Origin: Penicillus capitatus
Taxonomy: Eukaryota > Plantae > Chlorophyta
Direction: 5' to 3'
Length of the DNA stretch: 64,000 nt
NCBI GenBank assembly: GCA_965649825.1
Contig: OZ287699.1
Coordinates: 1,394,477-1,458,476, forward strand
Position 1 is the first letter of the stretch; the number at the start of each line of letters is the position of its first letter. Shown piece after piece: positions 62,160 through 64,000 of this stretch. The notes beneath the pieces are model-generated. The model saw only the letters and a program-made list of their open reading frames with translations. It did no database searches and was not told where the DNA came from. The position numbers and the translations under genes were made by a program.

Positions 62160-62254
62160 CTGTCTTGCTGATGATGTTGTCGATATTTTTGACTCCAGCC
62201 GCCAAAAGGGTTTATGTCGGCTGTACGTTTACTCGATGATGTTGAAGTGACTGG

Positions 62255-64000
62255 TTACAATGATGTTGTCTCGTCAAGCGATTCTTGTTTTATCTTTCCT
62301 TGTTTCTGAATTCTCCCCAACGTATCCATCAGACAGGAGAGCTGAGCATCGGAAAGCTTAGATAACCTCTCCGGATTGGAGAGCACAGATTTGGTGACAT
62401 TCATCACCGTCTGCTGAGATCCCACACCCATCAACCAGTATGCATGCATGATTAGGAGGAGAGTCTTGGGCTGGAACTTATCGACATCTCGCACGTCTGA
62501 AAGGACACGTTCCAGAAAACCGATAAACCGCAAATGGCAGAATCGAAGGGAACCCAATGCATAGATAACGTTGAGCAGATGGCCTTCATGATAGGAACGC
62601 AGTCTCTTGCCTTTCGTGGCTTCTTCCATCAAAAGATTCATGAACCCTCTGTTGTCATACTTCACTTTGCCCACAGTGTTGATGATATTGCACAGAGCTG
62701 TTTCGCTTAACGCCCCCAGCTTTGAAGGTTTGGATATCTCTGCAGCCACAAGGTCCATGAAATCGATCGGAACGAAATCCATCCGTCCAAGACTGTACAT
62801 GGTGTTCCCTAGAATATTCCCATCCATTCTCTCTAGCCTTCCAGGCAAGGAGAGTTGATCGATGATGGGACGCAGCACAGATGGACTCCTTGTATGTTTT
62901 TTGAGGCCCGTCATGCTAAAGAGAATAGCATTGAGGGACATGTCTCCCAGCGATTCAAGTCTCCGAGGATTGGTCATCTCATTCAAAGCATTTACCAGAT
63001 AAGAATGGTCTCGTGGATTGATCTTCACGAGGCTGAAGAAGAGCATCGATAGATCGGATCCGCTGCATTTCGCTAGAGTAGATGGATTCACGGCTGCTTT
63101 CAAGAGTGGCTCCAGCAGACGCTCATCTGATATGTTCATGTTACAGAATGAGAAGAGGGTGCCCATCAACTGGCGGTTGTTGAAATACCGAAGCCGGTGA
63201 TCGAGGCAGACTTCTCTGAGGATGGGGAGTAAGGCCTGCGTATCAAGAAAGCGAAATTGTCCAAGTGCAAAGACCAGTGTTGCCAGCCCATGCAAACTGT
63301 ACTGCTGTAGTCTTCCTGTCTTGATGCTGTTCACAATGAAAGGATAGAGCATGGTTTTGTTTTCGACTCCAATCTGACCAAGCCCATAGAGAATGGACGT
63401 CAGACTTTGGTTATTCAGCTCATCCATATTTTGGCCGTACTGATGGTGTAGGATCTCCAGGATCATCTGACCAAAGGAGTAGTCCTTCTTGTGACACATA
63501 GATCCGATTCCTTGCACCAGCAACGCCAGACATTGCTGATGGATATCGACATGCTTGCCACGCCGAAAGACCTCATTCTTCAGCTGAGTGAACATGTCTG
63601 GATGATGCATCCCAGCCTTACCCAATGCATAAGCACTTCCAGCCAAGTCTCTGATGTCCAAATTGCCAAAGATGTCAGGTTGGAGCAGACGGTGCAAGAG
63701 CGGCTGAATATCTGGACCGTTGTATTCCATGAGAGACAGTGCAGAACAGACCCGACCGAGTTCCTTGATCGCATAGTTGGCGACGCGATCAGGATCCAGA
63801 CTCTCTGAGATAATGTGCTTGAGAGTAACATAGTCTTTGTAACGGATTCCCATGTGTCCCAGTCCATGCATGATAGCTCCCAATTCATGATTCTTGAATG
63901 CGGCCCTCCTGTGTGTGAGCTCATCGATGATTGGCATCACGATCTCATTCGATTCATTGTACTGCAGCTGGCCTAGTGCAAAGACAAAGGCTGACAGTGT
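62255..64000 (-). CDS. Helical-repeat organellar RNA-binding protein (OPR/HPR-like); 5' end beyond the window
   Basis: Frame is open to position 64000. It carries ~14 repeats of ~38 aa with consensus like LxxxxLxxxxYALGxxxx (e.g. FKNHELGAIMHGLGHMG, YSLHGLATLVFALGQFRF, YHEGHLLNVIYALGSLRF). Confidence 0.75.
   Translation of the reverse strand, partial: TLSAFVFALGQLQYNESNEIVMPIIDELTHRRAAFKNHELGAIMHGLGHMGIRYKDYVTLKHIISESLDPDRVANYAIKELGRVCSALSLMEYNGPDIQPLLHRLLQPDIFGNLDIRDLAGSAYALGKAGMHHPDMFTQLKNEVFRRGKHVDIHQQCLALLVQGIGSMCHKKDYSFGQMILEILHHQYGQNMDELNNQSLTSILYGLGQIGVENKTMLYPFIVNSIKTGRLQQYSLHGLATLVFALGQFRFLDTQALLPILREVCLDHRLRYFNNRQLMGTLFSFCNMNISDERLLEPLLKAAVNPSTLAKCSGSDLSMLFFSLVKINPRDHSYLVNALNEMTNPRRLESLGDMSLNAILFSMTGLKKHTRSPSVLRPIIDQLSLPGRLERMDGNILGNTMYSLGRMDFVPIDFMDLVAAEISKPSKLGALSETALCNIINTVGKVKYDNRGFMNLLMEEATKGKRLRSYHEGHLLNVIYALGSLRFCHLRFIGFLERVLSDVRDVDKFQPKTLLLIMHAYWLMGVGSQQTVMNVTKSVLSNPERLSKLSDAQLSCLMDTLGRIQKQGKIKQESLDETTSL

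Noticed and set aside
1-64000. TAA/TAG-to-Gln reassignment as in some ulvophytes
   Set aside because: Conserved genes end at TAA (V-ATPase A) and others at TAG (WNK-like, CaMK), and Gln is encoded by CAA/CAG.

Overview
Eukaryotic nuclear DNA from a green alga with a very compact genome. This assignment is inferred from plant/chlorophyte-type TZF, HPPD, two-domain PEAMT, ABCA, WNK-like and OPR-like proteins. TAA, TAG and TGA are all used as stops, so the code is standard. A siphonous Bryopsidales-like ulvophyte is plausible but not provable from this window. About 25 protein-coding genes were reconstructed by hand across mostly 45-60 nt introns. I found no tRNA, rRNA, transposon or CRISPR array. 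Most interesting signals: (1) two inverted copies of a secreted ~80 kDa Cys/Lys-rich protein built from strict C-x7 octapeptide repeats and split by an RRL motif; (2) same-strand gene chains with only 37, 40 and 47 nt between stop and next ATG (candidate polycistronic loci); (3) a receptor-like kinase with two tandem novel beta-sandwich-like ectodomains; (4) an intron-containing bacterial-type DUF6174-like gene with an adjacent decayed copy; (5) three sulfotransferase paralogs, two sharing a gene-conversion-like tract; (6) at least five GC-AG introns; (7) an atypical type II peroxiredoxin and a WNK-like pseudokinase. All gene models are manual and need RNA-seq confirmation.
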